64,000 bases of DNA from NCBI GenBank assembly GCA_001949185.1, contig BDGG01000012.1:798973-862972 (forward strand), in the 5' to 3' direction. Of this stretch, positions 13,101 to 26,384 are shown in pieces. The notes under the pieces were generated by a model. It had not been told where the DNA came from, ran no database searches, and saw only the letters and a list, made by a program, of their open reading frames with translations. The stretch comes from Ramazzottius varieornatus. Taxonomy: Eukaryota; Animalia; Tardigrada. Both the position numbers and the translations under genes were made by a program. The first letter of the stretch is position 1; each line of letters starts with the position of its first letter.

Positions 13101-14845
13101 GCTACGACAAGAATAAACTTACTCTACTCTGTCCGCGGGCGACGTGCATAGTTGCCTTAGCTGGTAGAAACTTTTCCTCACAGTGTGAATGTTGGCCATA
13201 CTCATGTACTGAATCTCGCAGTTCGGGTAGTACTCTATAAATAAACCATTAATTCACAGCATTTGTCGGCAGTAAAAACTCACCGCGAGTCTAACCAGCG
13301 GAACGAGACGTAAGTAACTCACCTGCGTATTCACTTCCGCCACCCTTTGCGCGATTAGCGACAGCTGCTGCGTATGATCTGGCGTCCAATATCAAGAGCT
13401 TCGGCATGGCTGTAAATGACACAACCAAAACACACTTTAGCAAATAACTTAAAGATGAATTCCAAATTCGGAATCTCAGCACACAAACATCGTTTCTCCA
13501 AGTGGCGCATGTTCTCGAAGTTATAGGGTGAGGGCGTGCGTCACTTGGAAAACATTCTTGGGTTTATCCACATTGGTCCATATGTAGCAAAAAAGCCCAC
13601 AAAAATGCAACCAAGTGCGCCGGAATTTGCAAAGTATTACTTACAGCAACTGGCGGCCTCGTCCGTCTGGCTGAGGCCGTTGCTGTTGATTTCTTTTGCA
13701 GGTGAGCCGGGTGTCGACGGGCGGTCCGTCAGACAAGCTTTCGTTATGTACTGTAGCAGATTCTCATCCTGTGCGCAGCGCCAGCCGAAGAATCCCAGTT
13801 CTGGTTGACTGCTGCGAGCGATGACGGCGCCATTCTTCCGATGCCTATGATAAAAGAGTGGCAATTAGCTCAAGTGTTCTTCAACTAGCCTTCACAAAGA
13901 CGGCATGCCGTTGACGACTTACCTCCATATAATAGACGGAAAACGACGGGAGCTCCGAAACTCAGCGATACGGTTTAGATCACTGTCTGGTACACAAGCA
14001 GGCACGATGTGGAGCCGTGGATACGTCGGTGATATCTCGTACTTCACGTTGATCTCCGACAAACGCCACGTTTCTTCCAGGTCGAACTTCATCCTTTGCG
14101 CCTCCCTCAACAGATCGAAGGAACAACTGGGGAGAAAAAATCATATCTTCAAATAAAACTAAAACTGAGAAGCGGGCGTTTCGTTATCAAGGCGGAAGTC
14201 TGTATTGCATACCCGGATGAAGAAAGAGTATTGAAACATCGATCTTGCAATTCTCGTTTCCCACTCCGTTCTTCGCTTCTCCATGCATAGAAGGCAAAGG
14301 CGAAGATGTCCTCCAGCTTCTTCGGAGCAGCAATTGCATTCAGGATTCTCTTTTGCCATTCTAAGGTTCGATCAGCAGTCAGGAATGAACAACTGCAGAG
14401 ACAAGCCCGAATATACCACTTGCATTTCAATGAAGTATTTCGACTAGACTTACCGAACAGTGGTGCCATTCTTGCATGTGAAAATGATGGAGTTTGTGTA
14501 CGTCTGGATATCCGCCTGCTCGATCATCCGCACAGGTAGGTTGACATAGCTCTGAGGGTACTGGATAAATATACGATAGTTTGACAAGGCAATAATGCCT
14601 TCCTCAGCAGTTCTACCCAAGTATTCGACATATTCTCCGCTGATGACGGGAAAGGGAACCGTCAAGTCTGGATCGTCACACGTCCAGGCTCGTTTCGGGA
14701 AGTATTCACTAGCATTGATATGCACAAGATCATTCTGGTTGGAATCAACCTATAATAGTAGACAAAGCACAGAAATGTCAAAAATGATGTAATGAATCTT
14801 GCTGACGGGTGCAGTTGGAAAAGCCCGACTTGCCGTAGGCGTCAT
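10153..14845 (-). CDS. MTMR3: Myotubularin-related phosphoinositide phosphatase MTMR3/4 (PH-GRAM, PTP, coiled coil, FYVE)
   Basis: IALSNYRI, ARSSQPELGFFGWR, DARSYAAAVANRAKGGG, catalytic VHCSDGWDRT, WLEFGHKFADRCG and FYVE WVPD..RKHHCR|KCGLVFC. The start at 14845 depends on an inferred GC donor. Confidence 0.93.
10374..10490. repeat. Palindromic element copy, MTMR last intron
   Basis: AACCAGATTGTCATCCCAAGTGG(del)AC-GTTTCCATTGTTGCTGGCTAAGAG-TAGCGCCACTTGGG..TCATTTGCCCACGTTCC. Confidence 0.85.
10928..11051. repeat. Palindromic element copy, MTMR intron
   Basis: CCAAGCGGCGCAC-25nt-GTGCGCCACTCA..CGATCTTGT..TTTGCCCAGTTCCCA. Confidence 0.85.
13469..13590. repeat. Palindromic element copy, MTMR intron
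   Basis: CCAAGTGGCGCAT-25nt-GTGCGTCACTTGGAAAAC. Confidence 0.8.
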
Positions 14846-16269
14846 TCTTTCGTGAGGATTCTTGGGGTAAATTCATCTGTAAACAGAAGAGACATCAAGC
14901 ATTAGTGGGCAAAATAGTACAGAATGCAAAGTCCACGATGTGCGGGCTTAGATCAGCTGTTCGTGGACAGGAGGCGACTCATCGACTCCCCAAGCTTAGC
15001 AACTTATGTGGGAGGAGGCCTTCATCAAGACTGTCTGCGGAATCTTGGAAGACATGAACCAAACACAAACATTCTTCCCTTATCGCCGTCTATCATTGCC
15101 TGACAAAAGTTATATGACACTGTCACTCCAAGATGACCTTGTGGTTGGGCTGCCGTGCAATGCAGTCAAGTTTGACGAAGGAAAGCTACACTATAAGGAT
15201 CGATGGGAGGTGTGGCCCAGACAAGTTCTGTGCATATTGTCAGCAATCAAGCATTCACTTCCATAAACGTTTTCCACGTCCTTTCATCCCTTCTCCTATG
15301 ATTACAGAGATACAAACCACAGCCGAAAGGCGGAAGGAATACCTATCTTTAACACTTGTGAAAAGGGATCGAATAACATAACAGCATGCATGTGATGTGT
15401 GATAGGTCGCACTTACCAAGCCTGAACCCGATTACGAAAGATCAAACGTAACTCCGTACGGCGAGGTATTGTGAAGATAGACAAGATCCCGTAGCAGCCA
15501 TCAACATCCCTGGGCTCCACAAATATATTCTTCTGGAGCAAACAGCAGAGTTCTTCGTCACAGTCATCAGACGGGATCCATGGATTACGATGGATGTGCG
15601 GAAAGACAAACTTTTGACTTCGGAAATTTTCGAGGTTGTAAACAATGCGGAAATTGTTCCGCGTGAGCCCCGGTACCCCTAGGGCTTAGGAATAGGCGAT
15701 CAGGCGCAGTTTTGGGGTCATCGCAGCTAGCGGCCCCCTGGGACCGGGGTACTTTTCCCGACTGTGGCTTCGCGGCCTTCGCCCCAAAAACATCAAGTGT
15801 GCACCCGGTGCTCGGCGATGGTCGAAGCTTCTGCAGATCAGAACTATGTTACCGCCCACGTGGTTCAAGTCCAGTTGTCAAACCCAAGACGTCACGTGCC
15901 AGTCAGCAGTGCTACCGCACAGGTTAGTAGTGAATAATCTGGGGCCCTCTGTACTACGGAATCTTCCGGCCGGGCCAATGGGCGATTGCTGCGGATGTCT
16001 TCGCAGGATTTTCTGCGCCACTCCACTTTTGGTTCTAGTTTGGCCTGTTTCGCCTGTTTATGTCTTCTAGGAAACGTGATCGCCTGTTCGGAGCTTTTCT
16101 TGTCGCCCATCTTGTGCTTTTCGGCAAAATCTGCCTGCAAAGTCGAGGAGACGTTGCATTTCTTTCAGCATTTCACTCAATATTAAACTGTGATAACCGT
16201 TCTTCTCCTTTCTAGCACACAGGCTGATCTTGCCGGAGTTTCTGGTTCTTCAACTCGGTATCGTTCAAC

Positions 16270-19200
16270 ATGTCGGTCCCAAAGTCGGATTTCGATCGGC
16301 GGAAGCAGATTTCTGTTCGTGGCATTGCCGAAGTAGAAAGTGTCACCAGCATCAAGAAGACATTCAACCAACATCTTCACTTCACGCTGGTAAAGGATAG
16401 GAATGTGGCTACTCCACGGGACTATTACTTTGCCCTTGCTCACACCGTTCGCGATCACCTCGTCGGACGCTGGATCCGAACTCAACAGTATTACTATGAA
16501 TTGGATCCTAAGGTATTTCATTTTATGCGAAGTATGTTTGTATATATAAATCTACCACTTTAGCGGTGTTCTTCCTGTCTTAGAGAGTGTATTATCTGTC
16601 ACTGGAATACTACATGGGACGCTCGCTGCAGAACACAATGATCAATTTGGGCATCCAGGCGGCTTGCGACGAAGCGCTGTACCAGTTAGGGCTGGACATC
16701 GAAGAGTTGCAAGACTTGGAAGATGATGCCGGTTTGGGTAACGGTGGCTTGGGTCGTCTGGCTGCCTGTTTCCTGGACTCGATGGCCACCCTGGGTCTAG
16801 CGTCCTGCGGGTATGGTATCCGTTACGAGTACGGTATCTTCGATCAGAAAATCAAGGATGGTGAGCAGGTTGAGGAGCCTGACGATTGGTTGCGCTTTGG
16901 GAATCCGTGGGAAAAAGCCCGCCCCGAATACATGCTGCCGGTGAACTTCTACGGACGCGTCGAGAAAGGCGATCAAGGACGAGCCAAATGGGTAGATACG
17001 CAGGTAAAAGATACATTAAACTACCGATCCAATGGGACAGGATTGGGCCGGGTGCGTGGAAAAAGACTCCCCGGATCGTGCGTAAAATAGTTGGTAAACG
17101 TGTTTACCGATCAGCTGATCGATATGACTTCACAAATAACAGCAGATTCGGCCAGTTCCGTCCAGTCTTTTCATACGGACCCGGATCAATTCATGTAACA
17201 CTATCAGTAGTTTAAAGCACATTTTCCTTGAGAAATGGCTGCCGGACAGGTTAGAGGAAGTTCAGAAAGCGTTAGAGTGCTATGCTCTACCTTAGATCCA
17301 CCAGCAGGATTATGCAGGTGGATATCTTTAATTCACAATGGATGCTGATCGGTAAACGGCTGGTTGTCTTCTTTGCAGGTTGTGTTCGCTATGCCGTACG
17401 ACAACCCAGTTCCCGGTTACATGAACAACACCGTCAATACGCTGCGACTGTGGTCCGCTAAGTCTCCTCATGATTTTAATCTCAAGTTCTTCAACTCTGG
17501 CGACTACATCCAGGCAGTGTTGGACCGCAATCAAGCTGAGAACATCTCTCGAGTAAGTCCGTAGTTCATCTGGACCATCTATGACATGCATGTGGAAAGA
17601 CTAATGTACTTTGTGTCTTTGTAGGTGTTGTACCCCAACGATAACTTCTTCTCCGGAAAAGAGTTGCGTCTGAAGCAGGAGTACTTCATGGTGGCTGCAT
17701 CGTTACAAGATTTGATTCGTCGCTTTAAGTCGCACAAGTTCGGCTCGCGCGATCAAGTCCGCACTTCCTTCGATACCTTCCCCGACAAGGTGGCCCTTCA
17801 GCTGAACGACACGCATCCGTCGTTGGCCATTCCCGAGCTGATGCGCGTCCTGGTGGACATCGAAGGACTCCCGTGGGAACAAGCCTGGGCCATTACGGTG
17901 CGAACGTGCGCCTACACCAACCACACTGTCCTTCCCGAAGCCCTGGAACGCTGGCACACGGCCACTCTCCAGCATCTGCTGCCGAGACACTTGGAGATTA
18001 TCTTTGAGATCAACTACCGACATCTCCAAGAAGTAAGTCGTGGCTCTCGGTACATTTGGAACTTGGGCAAATGAACTGAAGAAGATCGTTTTTGAAGTGG
18101 CGCACGCTCTCGGTCAGTCACAAAGGACATATGCGCCACTTGACGCGGTTTTTGGCCCTCTGTGTCCAGGATATGTCTGATAATTGTGAATTTCTACTCT
18201 TTAGGTGCAGAAGAAATGGCCGGGAGACGTCGACCGAATGCGTCGCATGTCTTTGGTGGAGGAGGAAGGGGAGAAGAGGATCAACATGGCTTTCTTGTCC
18301 ATCGTGGGTGCTCATGCCGTCAACGGTGTGGCTGCTCTGCACTCGGAACTGCTGAAGACCACCATCTTCAAAGACTTTTACGAGATGTGGCCGGAACGGT
18401 TCCAGAACAAGACCAACGGTATCACCCCTCGACGGTGGTTGCTCCTGTGCAATCCTTCGCTGGCTGATATCATCACGGACAAGATCGGTGACGGATGGGT
18501 CCGAAACCTGTGGGAGTTGGCCAAGCTGAAGCCTTTAGCTGATGACCAGCAATTCTTGCGACGGCTGATGCAGATTAAGATGGAGAACAAGGTGAAGGAA
18601 AAAGTGTCAGCTAGGGCATCGGCAAACGACGTTAGCCTGATCGTTCCCCCAAGTGGCGCTTGTTTGTAGCCAACACCAATGTAAACGTGCGTCACTTGAG
18701 CCTGCGATCATGTCAGTTGAATTGCCGACGTTCCAGTTTCTGTTTTGTGTTTCACTGAGTCTGAACTATGATTTGTTTTTGCAGATGAAACTGGCGCTCT
18801 ACATCAAGGAAAAGTATGGAGTCACCGTCAACCCTGCCTCCATGTTTGACATCCAAGTCAAGCGTATCCACGAGTATAAGCGCCAGCTCTTAAACTGTCT
18901 CCACATCATCACCCTGTACAATCGCCTGAAGAGAAACCCGAATGCCGCTTTCACTCCACGCACCATCATGGTATGAAGTCATTTCCATTTCAGTTTTCTC
19001 GTCTAGCTGTCGAGTGTTTGAGCTGTGTATTCACAAGGAACGCTCTCTGGACTGCTGGTTTTCTTCCTAGGTTGGAGGCAAAGCTGCTCCAGGTTACCAT
19101 ACGGCCAAGCAGATCATCAAGCTGATCAATGCTGTGGGTCGAGTTGTCAACAACGATCCCATCATTGGTGATCGCTTGAAGGTAATCTTCCTGGAGAACT

Positions 19201-20219
19201 ACCGCGTTACGCTAGCCGAGAAGATCATCCCCGCAGCGGATCTGAGCGAACAAATCTCATTGGCCGGTACAGAGGCTTCCGGCACAGGTAACATGAAGTT
19301 CCAGCTGAATGGCTCGCTGACCATCGGAACTCTGGATGGTGCCAACGTGGAAATGCGCGAAGAAATGGGCGCCGAGAACTTCTTCTTGTTCGGTATGACA
19401 GTTGAGGAGGTCAACAAAGTTGCTCCAACGTAAGTCTTGCGAGAGCGGAAATGAGGCGAGACTTGAGTTTATACTTTTTGCTTTTTGCTCAAGCTTTGTT
19501 CGCTCCTTGCATAGGTACAACCCATACCACTACTACGAACGCAACCCCGAACTGAAGATGGCCGTCGACCAGATCCGAAATGGTTTCTTCTCGCCGAGTC
19601 GCCCGGAAACTTTCCACGATATCGCTGACATCTTGCTGAAATACGACAGGTGAGAAACTCAAAGCGTCCTTACTAGTCGATATGATTATGTATGGCTCTC
19701 TTTCTGGCAGATTTTTGGTGTTGGCCGACTACGACGAGTACATCAAATGTCAGGATCAAGTCGGTAAGGTCTACATGGACCAGATGGCCTGGGCAAAGAT
19801 GAGCTTGATGAACATCGCTACCAGCGGAAAGTTTAGCACGTAAGTTGCATCATGATTGGGATTTCGGCAAATGAATTGCACATTAACGTTATCTCATTGC
19901 CATTGGCTGAAAGTGTGCGCCGCTTTCGGAAAGCGATCACGTTCAAGTCATATGCCTATATCCCGACTCATGAATAAACCTAGCTTGAGCGGAAAGTTGC
20001 GTGTTATGAGAATGATTTTGTTGTAGAGATCGAACTATCACAGAGTACGCGAACGAAATTTGGGGTGTCGAGCCGAGCAATATCCGTCTGCCTGCACCTC
20101 ACGAACCTCTCTTCGCTCCACTTGTGGCAAAGACTCCCGGCCTCAAGGAGGACGTGGCCAGGCCCACTGCGGTGCAGAGTGGTATGCAGAACGGCGGCGC
20201 TGGAGACAGGAAAGCTTAA
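16270..20219 (+). CDS. GlyP: Glycogen phosphorylase (multi-exon)
   Basis: RKQISVRG phospho-site, [41 protein letters not shown]-lysine motif [10 protein letters not shown] and KFSTDRTI. Confidence 0.98.
17016..17215. mobile_element. Degenerate MITE-like inverted repeat (second family) in a phosphorylase intron
   Basis: Left TTAAACTACCGAT..GATTGGGCCGGGTGCGTGGAAAAAGACT matches the reverse complement of the right arm, TTAAACTACTGAT..AATTGATCCGGGTCCGTATGAAAAGACT. Confidence 0.6.
18057..18180. repeat. Palindromic element copy, phosphorylase intron
   Basis: GGGCAAATGA..GATCGTTTTTGAAGTGGCGCAC-25nt-ATGCGCCACTTG. Confidence 0.85.
18613..18735. repeat. Palindromic element copy, phosphorylase intron
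   Basis: TCGGCAAACG..CCAAGTGGCGCTT-25nt-GTGCGTCACTTG..TTGCCGACGTTCCA. Confidence 0.85.
19857..19965. repeat. Palindromic element copy with the left core deleted, phosphorylase intron
   Basis: TGGGATTTCGGCAAATGAATTG..CATTGGCTGAAAGTGTGCGCCGCTT..CGATCACGTTCAAGTCAT. Confidence 0.75.
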
Positions 20220-20626
20220 TAGCCTACGTTGCATAACTCATCAGTCATTACGCTTCTTCTATGCCTGGTACGTCGCTTTTTACATTTTACTTCATTTAAA
20301 GTTACCCATACTGACGCTTACTAAAAGCACGTAGTCCAATGTGGTTTATGCTTCGCTGTGAATTTCGGTCATCTTCCGGGAGGGAAGCTTTAGTTCACGT
20401 ATCTGCAAGTTAGCGCTTGTTTAACCTCCGTTCTGTGTTACTTTGCTGTGGTGTGTGGGCATTTTTGGGCATTACAGCGAGATATCGGTAAAGTGAAAGA
20501 GGAACACTGACGTAGATCCAGACGTAGAAGACGTATGTGTGTAGAAAATCAGCCAGCATTCTTCACAGTCAGAAAGGACAGACCGGAAGTATGACGATGA
20601 TGCGACACTAATTACGCGTGTCAGTT

Positions 20627-23473
20627 TCAGTCAGCGTCAAATTCTTGCAGGAACTTCCCCAGACGGTTGAATTTGCCACAGAGCTGCTTTTTCTGAGAGG
20701 CGAGCTCTGACGTGAGCTCTTGCACTCTCTGTTCCATCTTGCGATAAGCTTGCTCTGAGCACTTGGAAGCAGCTTCTTTCTTGGCCAGTTGTTCTTCGTA
20801 TTTGCAGCGGAGTTTTTGCATTTCCGTCTGCTTGGTTTCTCGCGACCTAACAGAGACTTCTTCGAGCTTCCTTTCTAGTGACTGAACTTTCTCTAGGGCT
20901 TCGTCCCGCTCTTGTCGGAGCTCTTCTTCACGTACTTCGAACCGTGCTTGTTGGGTAGCGAGGTTGGTCTGCATGCGGGAAATGTAGGCGGACTTTTCCT
21001 TCCATTTTGCGTTAATTATTTGGTGGGCTTTGTTTGACTCCAAGAGTTGGGTTTCGGTGGAGGCCAGTTGGCATTTTAGCTCTTCTTTTCGGTCTTCTAG
21101 TCGCTCAAGGACCTCTTCGAGTTCTCGGTTCCGCCGTTTCAAGTGTTCGTAATCGGGCGACGAAGACTTCGACGTGCATTCCATAGCTCGCTTTAGTTTT
21201 TGAATGGTGTCCTGTAGAACGAAGACAGTTTCGAGTAGGATAATATACAGTAATAAAACATCGGGAGATGGCTTTACGGTTATTTACCTGGATCGTTTTC
21301 TGAGTTGCGCAAACTGTCAGTCACCAACAATGGAAAAGCGCGCCACTTGAGAAAACGATCTGAGTGAGATAAGTTGCCGACTTCAGAACATTTTTTATTC
21401 GTTTTAGTTTTTTATTAATAGTTTGATTTCATTAAAATCTGTATTAGGTTGTTTGGTTGTTGGTTCTGAAACCAACTAACCTGTAGATCTTCGATTGATT
21501 TATCTTTGGCACGGACCGCCTCCATCTGGGCGGTGAGCTCCTTCTTTATTTTCTCGAGTTCTTCGCGAGTATTGTTGTCAATCTGCCGCTGGTCTCTGTT
21601 TGCATTAGGCCCGGATTCCAACTGATCAACCTGTCTTTTCAGACAACAATTCTCGCTCTTGGTCTGTTCCAACTGGGATCTCATCAGATCTCTTTCCTGT
21701 TCCAGACACCTCAGTCTCGACTGCAGTTCGGTCACCGTTTGCTTGAGACCCTGCAGGTCGACGTTCTCCGAATGAAGAGACGCAATGGTTTCCTTCATCT
21801 GTTCCATTCGACCACATTCTTTCTGAAGGTCTTGAACTGTCTTTTGCAGCTTCTGAATCTCCTCATCTTTCTGTTTACTGACTTCTTCGACGCGGGACTT
21901 GCTCTGATTAAGTTCTGCGGATAGCTCTTGTACCCTCCGTTCTTTCAAGTTCTCCTGGCTCCTGAAGGTCGTCAGGTTCGCTTCCATTTGGTTACACGAG
22001 ACTTTCAGCCTGTTCGCTAAGGACTCTTTTCTCTCCAGAGTTTGCTGAAGCTGACACTGAAGTTCTTCGATAGTCTTTTGCGCCTCGGTGAGGTTCTTTT
22101 CCAGCTTGCATACTTCCTCGTTGTGGAACTTAGTAAACTTGGACGTGGCTTTCTTCAACGCGCAGTCCACGGCTTTCCGTACAGCAGCTTGATCTGTCTC
22201 TGTAGGCTGAATAGAAGATCTTTGTTTGGTGACGGTCGGCGTGTTCAGCCTTCTGATTTCGCTCTGTAGACATTCGTTTTCTTTCTGAAGGCAGGACAGT
22301 TGCTCAAGCGCTGCTTCCTTCACGCTTAAGTTAGCCTTCAGCTGTTGCTCGCGAAGCTGGGCTTTCTCCAGTTTACATGTAAGTCTGGATGAAAGCTTCT
22401 TGTAAGTGTGGACGCACTGTTCCGTTTCCTTCTTTTCGCGGCACGCCTCGACAAGATCGGATTGTAGCTTTCCCAGTCTTTCGTCCTTCTCTTTCCTCTC
22501 GGATTTTATTGTGTTCAGCTCCGAATTAATGGCTTGTAACTCTCTGGATGCTCTTTCCAGTTCGCCTTCTAGGTTCTTCTGACGCTCCTTTTCATTCTGA
22601 AGCTACGGCAGGAAAAGCTTATCATGAGAGCTTCACGGTAAGTTTTAGTTTTCTTTTACAGTCACTTAAGATTTTGACGGAATATATTCTCATGCAATTT
22701 ACCTGTTGATTGAGGCTAGTGATTTCCTTTCGCAGGCTCTGTTCCGCGTCTTCTTTGCTATCAGGTTTCGTTACTTCATAGTCACATTCAGATGACACGT
22801 CCTCATTTTCGAAGTTAGCCGGCGGTATAAGTTTTGGAGGCTTTTTCTTTCTCAGTCGCTCGATATCCTGACGAAGTTGACTGCTCTTGCTGGCAGAGAG
22901 GCGCGGTTTTTCCTTCGGAAGTTTGGGTTCTTCGTCGGCATAAGAACTGAATTCATTCTTTGTAGGTCTCTTTTTAGGTTGCAATGGAGAACATACTTGA
23001 CTGGCTTCCTCGTCACTCGTTTCCTTCGACTGTGTTTGGGACTGAGAGCGACCAGTCTTCCGGCTTGCGCAGCTTTGTGCAACCGTCTCCACGATCTTGG
23101 CCAGTTTAGTCTCCAAACGATCCAGCCTTTCCAGCGTGCCGTTCTCAATCTGGCAGCCCAGCTTTGTCGGCTGTCCATATTGTGAAGAGTTGTATGATTT
23201 ACTTTGGGGTATACTACAGGTTGGTCCATTCGGATAAGGAGGGAGACTGTTTATGGACTCGATAGTCGCTTGACTGTACTGACGAGAAACATTCGATACG
23301 AATGAGGAAGAAGGGGGAAGCGGACAACTCGAGTTGGGCACAACTGGAAAATCGGTGTTAATATCCAGTAGGAAATTCAAATATGGATTGAGATCGATAC
23401 CGGGATCGTTAGTCCGTGAATTTACGTTGTGGAGGGTACGTTGATCATCCGGTCCATACGGATAACAGTTCAT
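20627..23473 (-). CDS. Long coiled-coil protein whose C-terminus resembles LRRCC1/CLERC (Vfl1); no LRR seen
   Basis: Three large exons (about 23473-22703, 22602-21481, 21211-20627) with heptad-rich sequence. Motifs KSIEDLQ|DTIQKLK and INAKWKEKS...FEVREEELRQERD resemble the LRRCC1 C-terminus as recalled from memory. Confidence 0.7.
21263..21385. repeat. Palindromic element copy, coiled-coil gene intron
   Basis: GATCGTTTTCTGAGTTGCGCAA-25nt-GCGCGCCACTTGAGAAAACGATC..TTGCCGA. Confidence 0.85.
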
Positions 23474-24368
23474 GACGCATCTTCTCTAAGCATGTCCGGA
23501 GATTCCGAACATCACCTTCGCCACTGTATTGCAACTCTAAAACTGTTGCAGGTGTGCATTTCTTCCACACAGATAGGGGTCTCTATTGAAACTTGCGAAA
23601 TTTCAGGTCACTTACAGGCATCCAAGAAAAATTCTGGAACGGTAAGAGGTAATCGGGGTAGGAGCGACCGTATAATCGTAATTCATCTAAGTTCGTTATA
23701 ACGTTTTCTGTCTGCTTATACAGTACGTCAGAGTTTGATGTGGATTATGGGTTACTGCATTTCCACTGTTGTATTCGAACCCAGTGACGCCGTATGGAAT
23801 ATTATGGACCGCGATGACGTCACGCCCCGGATGCACGGCAACCGTCACGAACTTACAGGCCAGTGTGCTCGGATACACTTATAGCAGAGTAGGTTATACT
23901 CCACAGTCTTTGGATTGTTACAGCTACAAATTCTGAAGCTAGGGCATAAGTTCAGCACGTACGATGGGCCGAGAGTTGGAAGACTCGACAGCGTTCGGCG
24001 GTCCTGCAATTTTGGGAAGCCCCTGATATTTCACGTGTGCTGGACTGCTGGTCGAGCGAGATCTCTCACGCGTCTTGAAACGACAACTTCACACCGAAAA
24101 ACGAGCTTTCGATGTGGACATGCTTTTTTTAGCAAAACCTGCAGTTCGTATGCAAACGACTGCATTTGCGGGCACGTGTTCGTGACAAAACGCAATGTGT
24201 ATGGAGGTCACCGTTCAATTTTTAGCGCAGTCAGCAAGCGTTCTGAGTTGAGGTTCGCGGAAAGCTCGTACAAAAGGTCGAGATTTCAGTTAAAAAATTT
24301 GGCTTTCGCGGCAGTAGATTACCTCACGGAATCTTCAGTGTCCACTCCTGCCCCGTGTAGGTCCTAAA

Positions 24369-25771
24369 ATGAAGTCGGTCGCTCTTGTGCTCTGTGCGGT
24401 GTTCGTCGTCGTAAATGGTGAGGCTGGCCGAAGTGCGGTGAGGGATGTTCTTCAGCGCCGGCTAATTGGTAAGCACCATAAACTTCTATGGGAAATACAA
24501 GACATATGCTCGCTGTTTCGTACTAGAATCATAGTGAGTTCCGTTGCAGCGGCACGAAACAACCTGCGAGTCGCGGAAGGAGCCACAGAGAGCCCACTGA
24601 AGCCCGACCCTGAGCTGATGACACTGTCGGAAAAGCTTTTTAGCCTCGATCAAGCAGGAAATGCCGCCAAGGAGAACATCAACTGGGCTGTGAACACCAG
24701 AAGCACTAACGGAAAGTAAGATTGTGATATTCTGCCCGACTTTCCGAATTCAAAGGAAACGACTGTGACTGTTGTACATCTGCAGGCTCTTCACCAAGCT
24801 TGACCAGTCGGTCTTCGCCAAGCCAACCTACAAGGCCTTCATCGCTCTCTTGGATAACTATATCCCGGCTACCGGTATAGCTGAGGCAGTCACTCCACAG
24901 GAGAAAGCAGAGGAATCCGCCTTCTTGGACGCAATCTTGAAAACTCCCGTCATGACGGAAGCCTGGAACTTCCTGAAGAAGCGAGGTAGGTGTCAGACAA
25001 AGCGCCCTTGTTGAACTGTGGGTTTTCATTGCATATTCTGTTGACTGTCGCAGGGCTTGCGGCTGCCACTCTGGATGGATTCAAGGCTGAGCTAGCTCGA
25101 TACTGGTTCACTGTGTACCGCCGCAAGGGAGCTCCAGATACTTCTGGGTTCGAGCACGTCTTTGTTGGTGAGGTTCGCGGCAACGCCCCGACTGACAACA
25201 CTGATGGGTTCCACAGCTGGATTCAGCTGGCCAAGGAAGAGCAGGCTGGTCGCACGGAGTACCAAAAATGGAAGGGCCAGAACGAGGTGCGCCTCTTTTT
25301 CGTTATTCAACTTAGTTCAGTGGCAAAAAATCTCGATCAATAAAGATTGTTTTTTTCTTGTGTTACAGCCGGATCTTTACGGCATGCAGTTTAAGTGGCA
25401 AAACCATTTAAAGATCAAGTCCACCATTGCTATTGGCGAGAGTCCCGAAATGTCCATGGCTATCAATACGGGTAAGTCCTCAACTCAAACGACCGATACC
25501 GCTGAGTTCAGAGTGTGAACATGCGAATGCTTAGCCGTCAATATCTTTCGACAGTTTGCTTCCTGGTTGCTCCCAACAATGAATGCAAAATCCAGATGGG
25601 TGGGGTAAGTCTAACGTTATCCCGGACTTTATTGTGCTTCAGTTACGATGATGATTCAGTGTTTCCAACTGCGGATGTTTTTTGCAACAGGCACCCGCCA
25701 GTATTATGACCTACAAGTGGGACACCAGGGACCCCAAAGAGTTTTACGTAGCCTCTGCCTATTACAACTAG
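24369..25771 (+). CDS. ENDOU: Poly(U)-specific endoribonuclease EndoU/XendoU family, with signal peptide
   Basis: Hydrophobic N-terminus MKSVALVLCAVFVVVNG, ALLDNY, SGFEHVFVGE, GFHSWIQ and K..STIAIGESPE. Stop TAG at 25769-25771. Confidence 0.9.
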
Positions 25772-26384
25772 GTACTTCTTTAATTGGTTCATATTCTGGA
25801 CGGGCGAAGTATTCGAAATTTCGCTAAGAAACATTCTCACATGTCTTTTTTATTTTTCTATTCTTCGTTTGAAGCACATACGTTAAGATTATTTGCGCTT
25901 CTCCAATTTTCTTTCGAAGTTTCTCCATTTGGAAAAAATGTAGTCTTCGAAATGACGTCAGCACGAGTTCGATCGTGAAGTACCTGTCAAAATCATTCGC
26001 CAACTTTTGGCTGCTCTTTTGTAGCGAAAGCATGGTTAATGATCTTCGGAAGCGTGGTACTTGAGATTTCTTCTGTAACAATAGTCTACCTGCGTAAGCA
26101 GCGTACGAACTACTTGATCGCTGTCGTTGTGAATGGGCATCCTACGTCAAAACTCAAAACCCGCCGGCATTTGTATTGGCGTTCGCCGTAATTCTACTGC
26201 ATTATCACTGTGGCTGGGTAGTTTCCTCCGTAAGAACGTCAGCACACCCCACATCTATAAAAGCTGGGCGCTTTTTACTTCTACTGGTCATTTTACGAAT
26301 ACTGGCTTTTCTTTCGACCTCTTTTGCGGAAACTTTTTCGTTCGACTGACTTCGTCACCTACACTGACAAATTTTCAGTTGAAA

